Below, in pieces: positions 1 to 12,500 of a stretch of DNA of 64,000 nucleotides. The position numbers were made by a program, and so were the translations under genes. The notes below the pieces were generated by a model. The model had not been told where the DNA came from and did not search any database. It saw nothing but the letters and a program-made list of their open reading frames with translations. Positions within the stretch are counted from its first letter, which is position 1, and every line of letters begins with the position of its first letter. Source of the stretch: Ptychomitrium polyphyllum. Taxonomy: Eukaryota. The stretch is from assembly GCA_973851085.1 (NCBI GenBank), contig OZ316776.1, positions 15,066,001 through 15,130,000 of the forward strand, read 5' to 3'.

Positions 1-77
1 GTTAATCATGTGCATGTGGAGGTGTACGGAGTTGACGCGCGTGATGCTTGCTAAGGTGCATTACAAGGATTGTGACA
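1..77 (+). mobile_element. 3' end of a family-B LTR (solo or 3' LTR), cut by the window edge
   Basis: Aligns to the end of the LTR at 29690-29766 and 42951-43028 (...gcttgctaaggtgcattacaagg.ttg.gaca). Ends in CA and is not followed by the tggtatcagagc PBS. Confidence 0.85.
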
Positions 78-800
78 GGTTCCCAATTGTAATTGCTAGA
101 TAGTTGTTGCTTTGGAATTGTCGTATTGATGCAGAGATTGCCGCCAAGCCAATTATTGCGCAATTGCCACGTAGGTGCCAAAGATTTCATCGCAAACTAT
201 CCGTTGCGGGGTTGTTGCACGAGAACAATTTCCTTCGAGAATACTGCCAGTGTTCTATTATTTTAAGTTTTGTTGCTACTTTGCACACTGTTCCTACTTC
301 CAATTTGCTGCTGCCGCCATGGCCTTCACTTTGTTCTTTGACTCCCTATTTTTTGCTTGACCTCCTGCTCTTCTACCCGTCTGATAAGGTATTGTTTCTC
401 CTTGAACAAGCTCTGAAAGAAAGGTAAAAAAAAAACTACAAAGTCCTAATTAAATTAGGGTTGTTCTCTTCTTCTACAGTCTTACAAACACTTGCTAACT
501 CTTACTCCACTCATTCCTTTCTAAAACTATTGCATTAATCTTAATTCTTGCTTACTTCTTTTTCACTTCTATAAAACTTACGTGCTATTCCCTCATTCCT
601 TCAAAAAATTCTTTTCCAAGACTTTCTTCTAAGAGATTTCTTCCTCCCATTCTACTATTAATTCCATTCTTTGTAATTCCAAACTCTAAATCTTGTTCTT
701 CCAAACCCCCTTCAAACTACTCTAACAACTCCTTAAATACCCTCTTCCAATTCTTGAATTTCCTAACCGAATAATAACAATAATTTTTCCAATTCTAGAA

Positions 801-945
801 TTTTTAAATACAGTTGCAGTTCTAAAATCAACCACTGTTCTAGATTTTGACTATCTTTCTAAATATAGCTGCAGGTCTAAAATCAATAGCTCTTATAGAT
901 CTTGATTGTTATTCTAAATTTAGTTGCGGTTCTAAAATCAGCTAT
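801..945. repeat. Degenerate 55-bp tandem repeat, about 3 copies
   Basis: An aaat..ag.tgc.g.tctaaaatca motif recurs at 806, 861 and 916. Confidence 0.65.
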
Positions 946-1702
946 AAATGTATCCAAGTTGTAGGATTCATCTTTCTTTCTATAATTCCATTCTTGCATT
1001 GGTCTTAAGTGTTATGGACCATGAGCATCTGCCCACTTGCCCTTTACTTCCTTTAATAACAACTATAATTCAATTTCTTTTGCCTTAATTAGACCTAATC
1101 TCTTCTACAATGTTTTTTTTTAATCATTTTTTTAGGAAAAATTCTATAATGAACTTACATATCTTTTTGGTGATTATTTCAAAAAAAATATTTTGTAAAA
1201 GAATAAAAGTCAATAGAAATACTTCCAATCACTTGTATAAATTAATAAGTTCCAATCTTTGAAAAACAACATTAAAATGAATGAAAGTGTTAATGTCCAT
1301 ATCAAAGTTGTTATTCCAATTTTTTAATTAAGATCTAGCAATATATTAAAAAAATATATGGATAAATAAAAAGGTATAGTATTAATTATTGAATAAGAAT
1401 ATCATCATGCCATTAAAACTCATTGAAATCTATAAGTATTCAAAAAACCTGCAGTAGACCAAAATAAAAACATTGCAGCCAAATATGAAGCAAGTTGATA
1501 AAACAACCATTCAAATTGTAACTCCATCTATAGAATCTAAATTATATAAATTTCAAAAATAAATTTATATTAAATTATTGTAAGGTTTCAATGATGCAAA
1601 GTGCAAATTTTAAACTTACAACTTTAAATGGGCAGGTAATTGTCCTTATTGGTCTCTATCTTGAAGAATAATGTTGCAAAATAGAATTATGAACAAATCA
1701 TT

Positions 1703-1962
1703 TTGCCTTACAAATTAATAGGAAAAGTTGCTCATTTAATGCAGCCTTTGTTTTGTAGTCCATTTAAAGGTGAAAAAGGTGGAGTTTTTGAAGAAGTGGC
1801 CTACACAAATTTTGTATTATCAAGTGTAAGAATGCATAATGAAAGAACTTTGGGCATTATTAAGAATAGATGGGTGATATTGCTAAATTGAATGACATGT
1901 TTCTTAATAATGTGCTTGATGTGGTTACAACATATAATTTCTTATATAACCTTTGCATCATT
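1703..1962 (+). pseudogene. Decayed PIF/Harbinger (DDE_Tnp_4/HARBI1-like) transposase C-terminal fragment
   Basis: PYKLIGK.AH.MQP.F.SPFKG...NFVLSSVRMHNERTLGIIKNRW.IL, then after a stop/frameshift VLDVVTT..FLYNLCII. This resembles the family pattern LIGDxAYPL..TPF...NF..S.TR..VERAFG.LK.RW...IV.AC..LHN. Confidence 0.6.
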
Positions 1963-4844
1963 TAGCCTCTATTTTTGTAGTGTATTCTACCATGCTAGAT
2001 AATAATCTAATAGCCTAATCACAAAATTTAGATTTATGAATTAATTCTTTTTTCCAAGAAGCTAGTTAGTTATTGGAATCAAGCTTGTTGTTCTTAAAAG
2101 CAACACTTTAGCAAGGTTTTTAAATTTTGAACTTTCTAAGAATTATGACATTTGAAACAATACCAAAGAATCAAGACTTGTCTAAAATAATGTGTTCAAA
2201 AGCTTTGTAAAGTTATTCATACTTCATAATTTTTTTAATTGTTGAGCCAATTATTCTAATTTGGAAAAAGTAAGTTATATGGAATTGAATAGAAATCAAT
2301 GGAGCTTCAAGTTGAATCCGTCTCAGTCACATCAAGGCTTTGTTTTAGACCCATTATAGATTTGTCCAAATGTGTTTGGATCCCCCTAATATTGGATGAT
2401 GAAATGAAAAGGCCTTTGTACTTGTCTATGTATACTATGAAATATATCAATTTTAAAAAGAATTACTTGTGCGTTTAGATATTTTATAGAATCAAGAAGT
2501 ATAACAACAATTTGAATATTGGAATATTGTCTACATTCTAATGTACAACATTTAGCATCTACTAGACACCTATATGTTGAACAACCTTTTCTTTCATTAA
2601 CTATCAACAAATTTTTCATTTGTTGTAGCAGTGATATGCTTCATACCAAATTGAAATATCAATTGTCAAAGGCACAAATTTAGAACGTATATCAAAAAAA
2701 TTCAAAAATGGGCTTTATAATTTTGTCTTTTTGTACTACTTTGAAAACCTATTTGGTTTACAAATTTGGAAAGAATACATGGCATTCCCATATGAAGCTC
2801 AAGCAACATACTCACATCTAATCTATACATTACAAAACATTTCTAAAATTTAACTTCATACAAAGATTATGAGAGATTTAATATAATTTTCAAGTCTAAC
2901 ATTAATATTAAATTCTAACCAAGATAAATTTGATTCTTAAAAATGTCATTATTTTTTGTATAGTTCAATAGATGGTATTATTTATAATTATTTATAACAA
3001 CTTCTATTATATTTTAAAGTGGACTAGTCTTACTCAACAATAGAAGCCAATATGAAAACACCTTAGATTTTGTAAATAAGCAAAACTTGCCATCATTTAT
3101 ATCAAATTGTCAAGGCCTTTGTTTCCTAATAATCTAAATAAAATCCAAACAATAACTAGCCTAAACAAGACTTATAGAAAATAAATGGAAAAGAAAGAAG
3201 ATTAAGACTTTAATCATCCAATCAACCTTATAATGTCATCATTCACACTTTGGGCCTCTTCAAACTCCAATATCCTCTAATTTGGTCATTTTAAACCAAA
3301 CCAAGAAATAAACATATTTCCATTTAAATCCTAGAAGATAATTAATCTTCCTAACTTCATATGAAGTGATACTTTTGAACCTTTTTGTTTATCACAAACA
3401 TGCTTTTATTTATTTTTACAATGTAATCAGTGCCTAAATATTAAAATCCTTCTAATTACTCTTATTCAAAAGGTTTTCTCTTCCTTCAATGTAGAAAGCA
3501 ACATTTTGTATGGTTTTGTTTTTTTTCACAAATTTATTTTTTTTGCAATTAAATTCTCTTATCAACTTCCTCAATTAATTCAAAAAACTCAAAAGATGAT
3601 TGTAAAAGTGAGATATTATAGGTTTTACTCTTACGACCCTTAATTGCCATAATTTAGTGCAAAAATTCTTTTATAATGTGTTAAAAGTTACATTTACTTG
3701 CTTTGCAAATGCAACAACAATGTAATCATTAATATTCATTTGACATTATTTTTACTTCATTCTTTTACTCTTTATTTTTGATCTATCAAAATCATGCTTA
3801 CTTTTTACAAAAATATCTCAATTGATATTGCACAACTTACTTGGTGTAGATTCTATAAGTAGTTTTAAAAGAATTAGCATATTAGCCACAAAATGTAAAA
3901 CACTCCTATAAAGTAAATGTGTAATTTTTTTGATATTCTAACATTCAATATATTCATAGATGATATTTAATTAATACTTTATATATTCTTTTAATATTCT
4001 TCAATTAATTTCAATATTGAATTTTAAGATTATTCATAAATTCCTAAGCCACACAATATAATTTGAATTTTTAAATTTTTAGAATATATTCTTTTTATAC
4101 AACGTATCTATGATATATGTGTATGATTTAAAATGAAGGAAACATAATCTATCTTTTATAAATTTGAACTTTATAGAATATTCATAGCATTTATAAATGC
4201 CTATCTATACACATAAGAGCATTAATGAGGGAGATATATTGCTATTGCCTAAAAAACTCCAAAATTATAGAGGTGCCATCCATATGTACATAGACAATCA
4301 AACAATTGAACAAACACACAATCACAAGATTATTGAAGGAGTACAAAGAAAATCCATGCAATGTAGTTTATATAAGTTGGAAAGAAAACTTGTTCAAAAG
4401 GTTTAGAATTAAATGTTGAAATCTTCTAGAGTAGCGACAATGAAAATTGAGAAATGTTCTTGTAGGTTTTGGTAGGACTATAAATAAAAACTTGTAAATA
4501 CAAAATGCAACAGTAGCAACACAAAACTTGACTTAAAACATGGCAAAGAGCAAATCCACAAATATATTGCATTAGTAGGATGGTACATAGTATAGAAGTG
4601 CAATAATAAAAACAACAAGGACATTCAAATCTCTCAGCATGTATACCCTTTGCCTTGTACGATCTACTTTTGTTGTCTTGTAGACCTTGGATGGTGCAGT
4701 GTGGTGCGACATATAAAAGCTAGGTTTTAGGTGTGGCAATAGTTCCTAGATATGAATACCTTTGATGCCATGAAATTAGCAATTCATTGGTTAGCACTCA
4801 TGGAGGTTGTTATCTTGCAGAGAGCAATGTTGAAGAGAATGATG

Positions 4845-7150
4845 TGTCATGTATCATAGATTACCCGACGATATCATATTGGATCGTAGATCATAGTTTG
4901 TATCAAGATTTTGAAAGCCGCTCTTTGAAATCTTTAAGGTGGACATCAAACTTTTTTTTGCCTTCCATCCTCAAACGGATGGCCAAACAGAGCAAGTCAA
5001 CCAAATCTTTGACCAATATTTGAGGTGTACCATCAACTACCAACAAGATGATTGGGCTTCCTACTTGACATTAGCTGAGTTTGCTTACAACAACACCACT
5101 TACGCTTCCATCTTACAAATGCCATTCTATTCCAACTATGGACATCATCCAAAAATGAATATATTTGAGCCTCCACGATCTGAAAATCCATCAACAGAGG
5201 AATTTGCCAAAAGAATGGCAAAGCTTCAAACAACCATGAAGACTCAACCACAAAAAGCTCAAGAATGATACAAATCAACAATAGATGCAACAAGAAAGGA
5301 ACAACCTCCATTCTAAGTTGGTGAAAAGGGGTGGCTCTTTTGACGCAATATAAGGACCAATAGGTCATGTGACAAGCTAAATTATTGCAGATTGAGACCA
5401 TTTGCAATCAAAAAAACAAGTCAACTAAGTGGCATATCATTTGGAACTACCAACATCAATGAAGGTACATCCCATCTTCCACATTTCACTTTTGGAAACT
5501 TATAAGGAATCAAATATTCTTGAGCGAAGGCAGCTGCCACCATCTGTAGTCGAAATTGGCAATCATCATGAATTTGAAGTGTAAGAAGTGCTTGACTCAC
5601 GGATAAGACGTGGAAAACTAGAATATTTGGTACATTGGCGTGGATATGACATTAGTGAACGTACATGGGAGCTAGCTAATAACCTTGTGAATTCACCAGT
5701 AAAAATTTGTGAGTTCCATCGACAACATCCATCGAAACTAAAAGTAGTAGTAGATGGGATAGTAGCTCAGTAAGATTGCATAACCTTAAAGGCTCTTGAT
5801 GCATGGGCTTTTAAGTAGGAGAAAAAACAATTCTTAGATCATAAGTTTCCAAAGCCCAAGACATGATTTAGATATTAGTCGTTTGTATTTTGAAGTTTGT
5901 CATAGTTTTTTGAGACTAGCTTGACATATATTAGATATGGACAACCAAGATGCAGATACCATGCTAGTGGTGTCAAGCTTACCAAGTGGCTTTCATCGAC
6001 GACCTCGTGATGAAGAACAGACTGGATCAAAAAGACGTCAGAGGATATCCAACAATAGATTGTTGGTGATTGTCTTTGAAGTGGAGCTAGTTTACAAAGG
6101 TTATCTAAAAGTTATTTTTGAAGAACGCTTTCACAACGAAGATACAAAAGTTCATGTTTGGTTTCAAGTAGAAGGCATTGGATACTATTGGTGGTTGCTG
6201 TTACAGACAATGTAACCACAAGAGAAGGCTTGAGGATTTCGGGATGTAGAACAAGATATGTTCAAGATATATTAAAAATATAGAGCTACAACAATGTACA
6301 AAAGACAAGGCTAGAAGGTTTAAACTAATCAACAAGAGATGTGTTGTTGAGACTGAAGAGTTCTTTAGCTTCAACTCCTATATATTAGGATTATAAGCCT
6401 TAGAAGCTTCTTAGGAAGCTTCACCTACATTGTTTTGTACTCAAGCAACCTTGAGTTGCTTCTTTAGAAGTTTCCTAGGCCAAGGTAACTTCCTTGGAAG
6501 CTTCCTAAGCCAAGGCAACTTCCTTAGAAGATTCTTCAACTGAGGCAATTTCTTTGGAAGCTTTCTAAGCTCAAAGTAACTTCCTTGGAAACTTTCTAAA
6601 TCTTCTAAGAACCCATCTAAATGCTTCTAATATGTATGTCTGTGACAGTTACAAGGACCTATGAACTATATGATGAAAAAAAGGCAATTAGAACATGTTA
6701 GAGACACCATGCAACAAATTTTTGACTTCTTACGACTTTGAGCACTTATTGCAATATGTTCTTTGGAGACCTTGAAACTAGAAAGGGAAGTAATGTGATG
6801 GACATAAATATTAAAAACATCTAAAATGGTTCTTAGGAGGTTTAAAAAGCTTTTAAGGAAGTTACCTTGGCTTAGGAAGCTTTTAAAAAAACAACTCAAA
6901 GTTGCTTAAGTACAAAGTAATATAAGAGAAGCTTCCCAAGAAGCTTCCAAGGCTTGTAGTTTTATATATAGGAATTGAGGCTCAAGGAATCTTCAGTCTT
7001 GATAACATATTTTTTGTAGTCTAGCTCAAACCTTCTGGCTTTGTCTTTTATACCATGTTGTTGCTCCTTACCTCTAATATACTTTGGACATATTTTGTTC
7101 TACATCTTGGAATTTTGAAACCTTATTTTATAATTATTTTGTCTATAATA
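4845..7150 (+). mobile_element. Family-C chromovirus 3' remnant: integrase C-terminus, chromodomain, extra ORF, PPT and degenerate 3' LTR (6794-7150)
   Basis: FHPQTDGQTE..NQ and AEFAYNN integrase motifs, chromodomain LDSRIRRGKLEYLVHWRGY..ERTWE, PPT agaaagggaag at ~6780-6790, and an LTR homologous to 44523-45062. Many stops and frameshifts. Confidence 0.85.
6199..6647 (-). mobile_element. Family-C solo LTR inserted in antisense orientation
   Basis: TG...CA termini. The reverse complement starts tgtcacagacatacatattagaagc, like the LTR at 44523. Flanked by gttgc/gttac (TSD, 4 of 5 match). Removing it restores the reading frame WWLQG. Confidence 0.85.
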
Positions 7151-7877
7151 AGAGATCCTACTTGGAAGATGTTTTGAAGGACTTAATCAAAATGAAATTG
7201 TGGGTTGGGACATTTTAACAACAAAAGTCTTGGCTGGTGGTCACTAGAGCATTTTATAAGGATTAATTGAATTAATGGGCAAAAAAAATAAGCAAAATAT
7301 GTTGCTTTTTTTTTTCAACAAATTTTGAAATTTGAAAAGATGTAAATTGCAAGCCACAACAAAAACTCTTCATGAAACTTGTCGCTAAAAGAGGAAGTGA
7401 TAGCAAAGATATAGATCATGCAACATAATCTTTAGAATCTTTAAGGACCTTTTAGTATGTTGTACTAGCTTCTTAGAATACTTTCAATGCTTATAGCCAT
7501 TTCCATTCCATTAGAAAAATTCTTAGAAAGATTCCACTGCCTTCAGAAACTTCTTAACTAGGTTCCACCTCCTTGGAAAATTTCTTAGGAAGATTCTATC
7601 AACTTGGGAAATTTCTTGGGAAGGTCCCATAGACTTTTAGAATATTTTAAAGCTTTATAAAAAGCTTTTTTAGAAGTATCCTAAAAGATACAACTGTCAT
7701 AGTATAAATAGGAGGCAAGACAAGGTATACTTTAGTCTTGACAATACAACTTGAAAATCATACTATATCATGCCCTTGATCTAGTCTTTATATCAGTTCA
7801 TGTTAATCATTAACTCTTTAGAAACTAATTCTTAAGAACCATTTTGTCTCTATTTTTTGTTTCTTAAAACCCTAACA
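7151..7877 (+). mobile_element. Family-A 3' remnant: end of extra ORF, PPT and degenerate LTR (~7400-7877)
   Basis: Colinear with 20740-21657 (ggatgttttaaaggacttaatcaa..., tataaataggaggcaagacaaggta, ending cctaaca). Confidence 0.85.
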
Positions 7878-9224
7878 ATTCTCGTCCCATTCTTCCATGC
7901 CATCTAGATTTCAATGTGGCACAATAAGGTACTAAAGGGTTGTTTCTAAATGATACATGTCTATTATGTAATCAGGTCTGGCGTCTTCTAGCATGGACTT
8001 TCTTCTTGCAAAGTGTCATCCAAGAGCATTGCTCTAAGGCGGTCGATACATGTGCTACACCTCTATGAAATTTGTCCTCCAAAATGCACACAACAAAAGA
8101 CAGTCAAATAATAAGATTTCTAACATATCTTTTGATTTGAGGAAATGTATTTTGGAGATTGGGACACTGTATATGACTGGACCGTGTTGTCCTGTAGCCG
8201 CGGGACTCTGTGGCACGCTCGAGGGATATCCCGGCTTACTTTTCTCGTATTTTTGTGTGCATGCAGACATGCTGGTCCGCGTGTTGGCTGCTGGGCCGAT
8301 ACCGCGTTCTGGCTTGATCTGGCTGGCGTCTTATTGTTCGCGCCCCCAACTTGCCTGCACTGTTGAGGGACTTCCTCAAGACAGGGTCTACGACTCAGGT
8401 GGCTCGCAAGCCACGACCGTCATTCCCAGGTGTGTTATTTGCTGTGAGGTTCACACTCCTCGCGTGGCCGCCCCTCGCAGCAGTCGCAGAGCTCCTTTCC
8501 TCCTTGTCGCTGCTCGCCCTGAGGCGCTCATTGTTCGCCATCTTCTCTTTCGTGTGCAGTTTTCAGCACCTTGCTCACGGTCCTGAGGGAGAGTGCTGCG
8601 CCTTTTCACCATGGTTGTCACCGCGAGCATATTGATGTGAAGCTGAGCTGCGAGCAACGTTTTGCGGAGGAGAGAGGTGTGGTGGATCTGAGTGCGTCTT
8701 GCAGCCCAGTAGGTTTTAGGTGGAGGTCGAGGAGGGGAGAGGAGCAGAATGGGGTATCGTTTGTTGGTGCAAAGTTTTGCTTTTTCTTTGTTTTGCCTAT
8801 TGCTGTAGGCCCTTTCATTTGTACTCGGCTTTCTGATCTCTTTGAAGTTGATGTGAGTTGATTCATGTGTTGATAGTGGAGGAAGGTGGATTGAGTGTTG
8901 GCATAATGGAGTGCCACCTTCTGTGAGTATAAAGTTGGTGTTAGGTGAGCTGATTTGTGTTGATGGTTGGAGGAAACTTGGGATTGGAGTGCTAGTCATG
9001 CGGATTGTAGCTTTGATGCGCATGAGGTGAATCCTATTTGGAGATTCTTTGATGCTGATTTGGCTTGCTACAGCCTCGCTGTCTTTACCTATAAATGAGC
9101 AAATTGCATGATCAATGAATTACCGTGGAGAGTTTTTATAGATTTATGTGATATGATGCCATAAGGAAGATTGGGACTCCAAGTATCATTTGGGCGACCA
9201 CGAGGAGGAATTTCTTGTACTTTG

Positions 9225-9302
9225 CATCAGGTGCCTTTTTACAAGAAGTTTTTGATTGAATACATCAGGTGCCTTCTTACAAGAAGTTTTTGATTGAATA
9301 CA
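9225..9302. repeat. 38-bp tandem duplication upstream of the NLR ATG
   Basis: catcaggtgccttYttacaagaagtttttgattgaata at 9225 and 9263. Confidence 0.9.
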
Positions 9303-9375
9303 AATGTTGGTGTAGAGTGCTAGTGGAGGCTGTGTGTGGATTCCATGTTGATCGTTTTGCACTCTAATAGGGTAG

Positions 9376-9463
9376 GTGGCTATAACTGCATTATTGCAGA
9401 GAGCTTCATTATAGTTGTGGCAATAATTGCATTTACTGCAGAGAGCTTCATTATAGTTGTGGC
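9376..9463. repeat. ~42-bp tandem duplication
   Basis: tgcagagagcttcattatagttgtggc at 9395 and 9437. Confidence 0.85.
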
Positions 9464-9537
9464 TTGTCATCGATTTGGATAATGCATTGATTATGGGACA
9501 GCTGATGTCGATATCGTTTGCAGCTTCAGAGGTTGTC

Positions 9538-12500
9538 ATGGGGGATCCAATTGGCACTCCTGCTGTAGTAGGAGCAGCAGTAGGTGCATTCTTCACAATA
9601 GTGATCAATGCAGCGAAATGCGCCTTAGGCCATAGGAAGAAGTGCAGACTCCTCTTGGAAAGCGCAAATAAACTCCAACCACATATTGATGTAGCCCGTC
9701 GACATTCACTTGATTGGGAGAAAGCCCAATGTGATGCGTTGGAGGAAATCAGGATCATTTGGGAGAAGGCAAGAAGCTTTGGCACCAAAGGTGCAAATGA
9801 ATCAAAGTTTGAGTGGGAAAGAGAGCAATGGTGTTTTGGCGGTGGGGGAAGTTGCCTGCGGAGTTGATGGACATCATTCGCCGGATTGAGGAGGCAAAGA
9901 GTAATGTTCTTTTTTGTGCTGCGGTTCATTATCTTGAGGATGTCAATACTGCAAAGAAAAGAACATCAAATTTTTTAGAACAACAAATCCCAACAGAGAT
10001 TGTAGGGGTAGATATTCCATTCAACAAACTCAAGGCTTTCATACATGAAAGCTATGCAAAAGATACAGCAAGCCACCTTGGTTTGCATGGAAGAGGTGGA
10101 GCTGGAAAAACGCTGTTGGCAAAGATGTTGCATAACGATAGAGACATCAAAGAGAAGTATGGAGCTGATTCTATCAAGTGGATCACTGTGGGCCTTGATG
10201 CAAGAGTGCTTGATTTATACAAAACAATGGCTACATTCTTAGAAGATGCAAGATTTGAGCAGAGCTATGCTCATCGAAGCTTGGAAGATCAACGCTCTTA
10301 CTTGGTAGATGCATTCAAAGCAAAGAAGGTGTTGTTAATTTTGGATGATGTGTGGCAGGAAAGATGCGAGCAAAATCATACAATGATGTATTGGTTGAAT
10401 ATTGTTACAGCTCCGGGGTTTGTGACCTTAATCACAACTCGCAATGTCGCAATACTTTCAAAAGTTTATGCTGAATCAAAGATTGTATTGTCTCTCTCGG
10501 AAGATGACAGTTGGAAATTGTTTTGCTCTCGTGCATTTCTCAATAGCACACTTCCGCAGTCCATTGCAGAGGAATTGGCCAAGGAGGTATGTCAAGAATG
10601 CAAAGGCCTTCCTTTGGCATTGAAAGTTGTAGGTAGCGCTATGAAAGACAAGGTGAGAAGGGAAGAATGGAGACATGCTTTACAAAACTTGAAGCAGTCC
10701 AAAACAATATTGGGATCTTTAGTAGACAATGAACTTTTTGGTCGCTTGAGGTGGAGTTACAATATGTTGCAAAGGGATGAGATGAAAACGTGTTTCTTAT
10801 ACTTTGCAGCATTTCCAGAAGACTATGAGATTCCAATAACTAAGTTATTCCAAATGTGGATTTGTGAAGGCTTGGTTGATACAAAGGATGAAGCAAAAGC
10901 ATACCTGGCGGTTCTTGAGAAGCGGTCTTTGATTGAATGGAATCAGGATGCTAAATATGCCCAAGTGCATGACATATTGCAAGACCTTGCACTCATGATT
11001 ATAAACACTACTGGAGTAGGCGAGAGTGCATATAATTGTTTCTTTGCATCAGGGAAAGTGTTGAGAACATTTCCAAGAGGGAAGTCATTCCAAGCCATCA
11101 AAAGGATGTCATTAATCAACAACACCATATTTCAAAGCTTAAACAACCTTCAAATACCTCATCTTGAAGTGTGCTTGTTGTCAGGGCTCAATGGATCTGT
11201 AGATCAAATATCAAATTTTTTCTCAAATTCTAAGATGACAAGTTTGAAGTATCTAGACCTTTCTCATAATCTGTTCAAATTTGAGGACATTATTCCATCC
11301 TTGAAATGGTCATCTTTTCTTACTCACTTGGTCCTATCATATTGTCAATCCTCGCAGCAACTTCCACAGCAAATTGGAGAGTTGAAGGCTCTTACGCACT
11401 TGTATCTATCAGGGTGTTCATCGTTGCAGCAACTTCCAATACAAATTGGAGAATTGACGGCTCTTATGCACTTGGATCTATCATGGTGCTCATCCTTGCA
11501 GCAACTTCCACAACAAATTGAGGAGTTGAAGGCTATTACGGAGTTGAAGCTAAGAGGTTGTTCATCCTTGCAGCAACTTCCACAGCAAATTGGTAAATTG
11601 AAGGCTCTTACGAACTTAGATCTATCTAGGTGTTCATCCTTGTAGCAACTTCCACAGCAAATTGGGGAGTTGAAGGCTCTTACGGAGTTGAGCTAAAAGA
11701 GTGTTCATCTTTGTAGCAACTTCCACAGCAAATTGGGGAGTTTAAGGCCCTTACGAACTTGGATTTACATGGGTGTTCATCCTTGCAGCAAATTCCACAG
11801 CAAATTGGGGAGTTGAAGGCTCTTTTGCAGTTGAATCTATCAGATTGTTCATCCTTGCAGCAACTTCTACAGCAAATTGGAGAGTTGAAGGCTCTTTTGC
11901 AGTTGAATCTATCAGATTGTTCATCCTTGCAGCAACTTCCACAGCAAATAGGGGAGTTGAAGGCTCTTACACACTTGTATCTAAACGGATGTTCATCCTT
12001 GCAGCAACTTCCACAGCAAATTGGGGAGTTTAAGGCACTTACACACTTGTATTTATATGGGTGTTCATCCTTGCAGCAACTTCCACAGCAAATTGGGGAG
12101 TTGAAGGCTCTTTTGTTGTTGGATCTATCAGATTGTTCATCCTTAGAGCAACTTCCACAGCAAATAGGGGAGTTGAAGGCTCTTAAGTACTTGAGCCTAA
12201 AAGGTTGTTCATCTTTGCAGCAACTTCTACAGCAAATTGGGGAGTTGAAGGCTCTTACACACTTGTATCTAAATGGATGTTCATCCTTGCAGCAACTTCC
12301 ACAGCAAATTGGAGAGTTGAAGGCTCTTACGGAGTTGAACCTAGAAAGGTGTTCATCTTTGCAGCAACTTCCACAGCAAATTGGGGAGTTTAAGGTACTT
12401 ACACACTTGTATTTATATGGGTGTTCATCCTTGCAGCAACTTCCACAGCAAATTGGGGAGTTTAAGGCTCTTTGGCAGTTGGATCTATCAGATTGTTCAT

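Noticed and set aside
2000..4700. Short ORFs in AT-rich DNA (2386-2619, 4197-4406)
   Set aside because: No recognisable homology; I cannot support a call.
8050..9023. Several overlapping 70-190 aa ORFs on both strands
   Set aside because: No recognisable motifs. Such ORFs are expected in a GC-rich promoter/5'-UTR segment.
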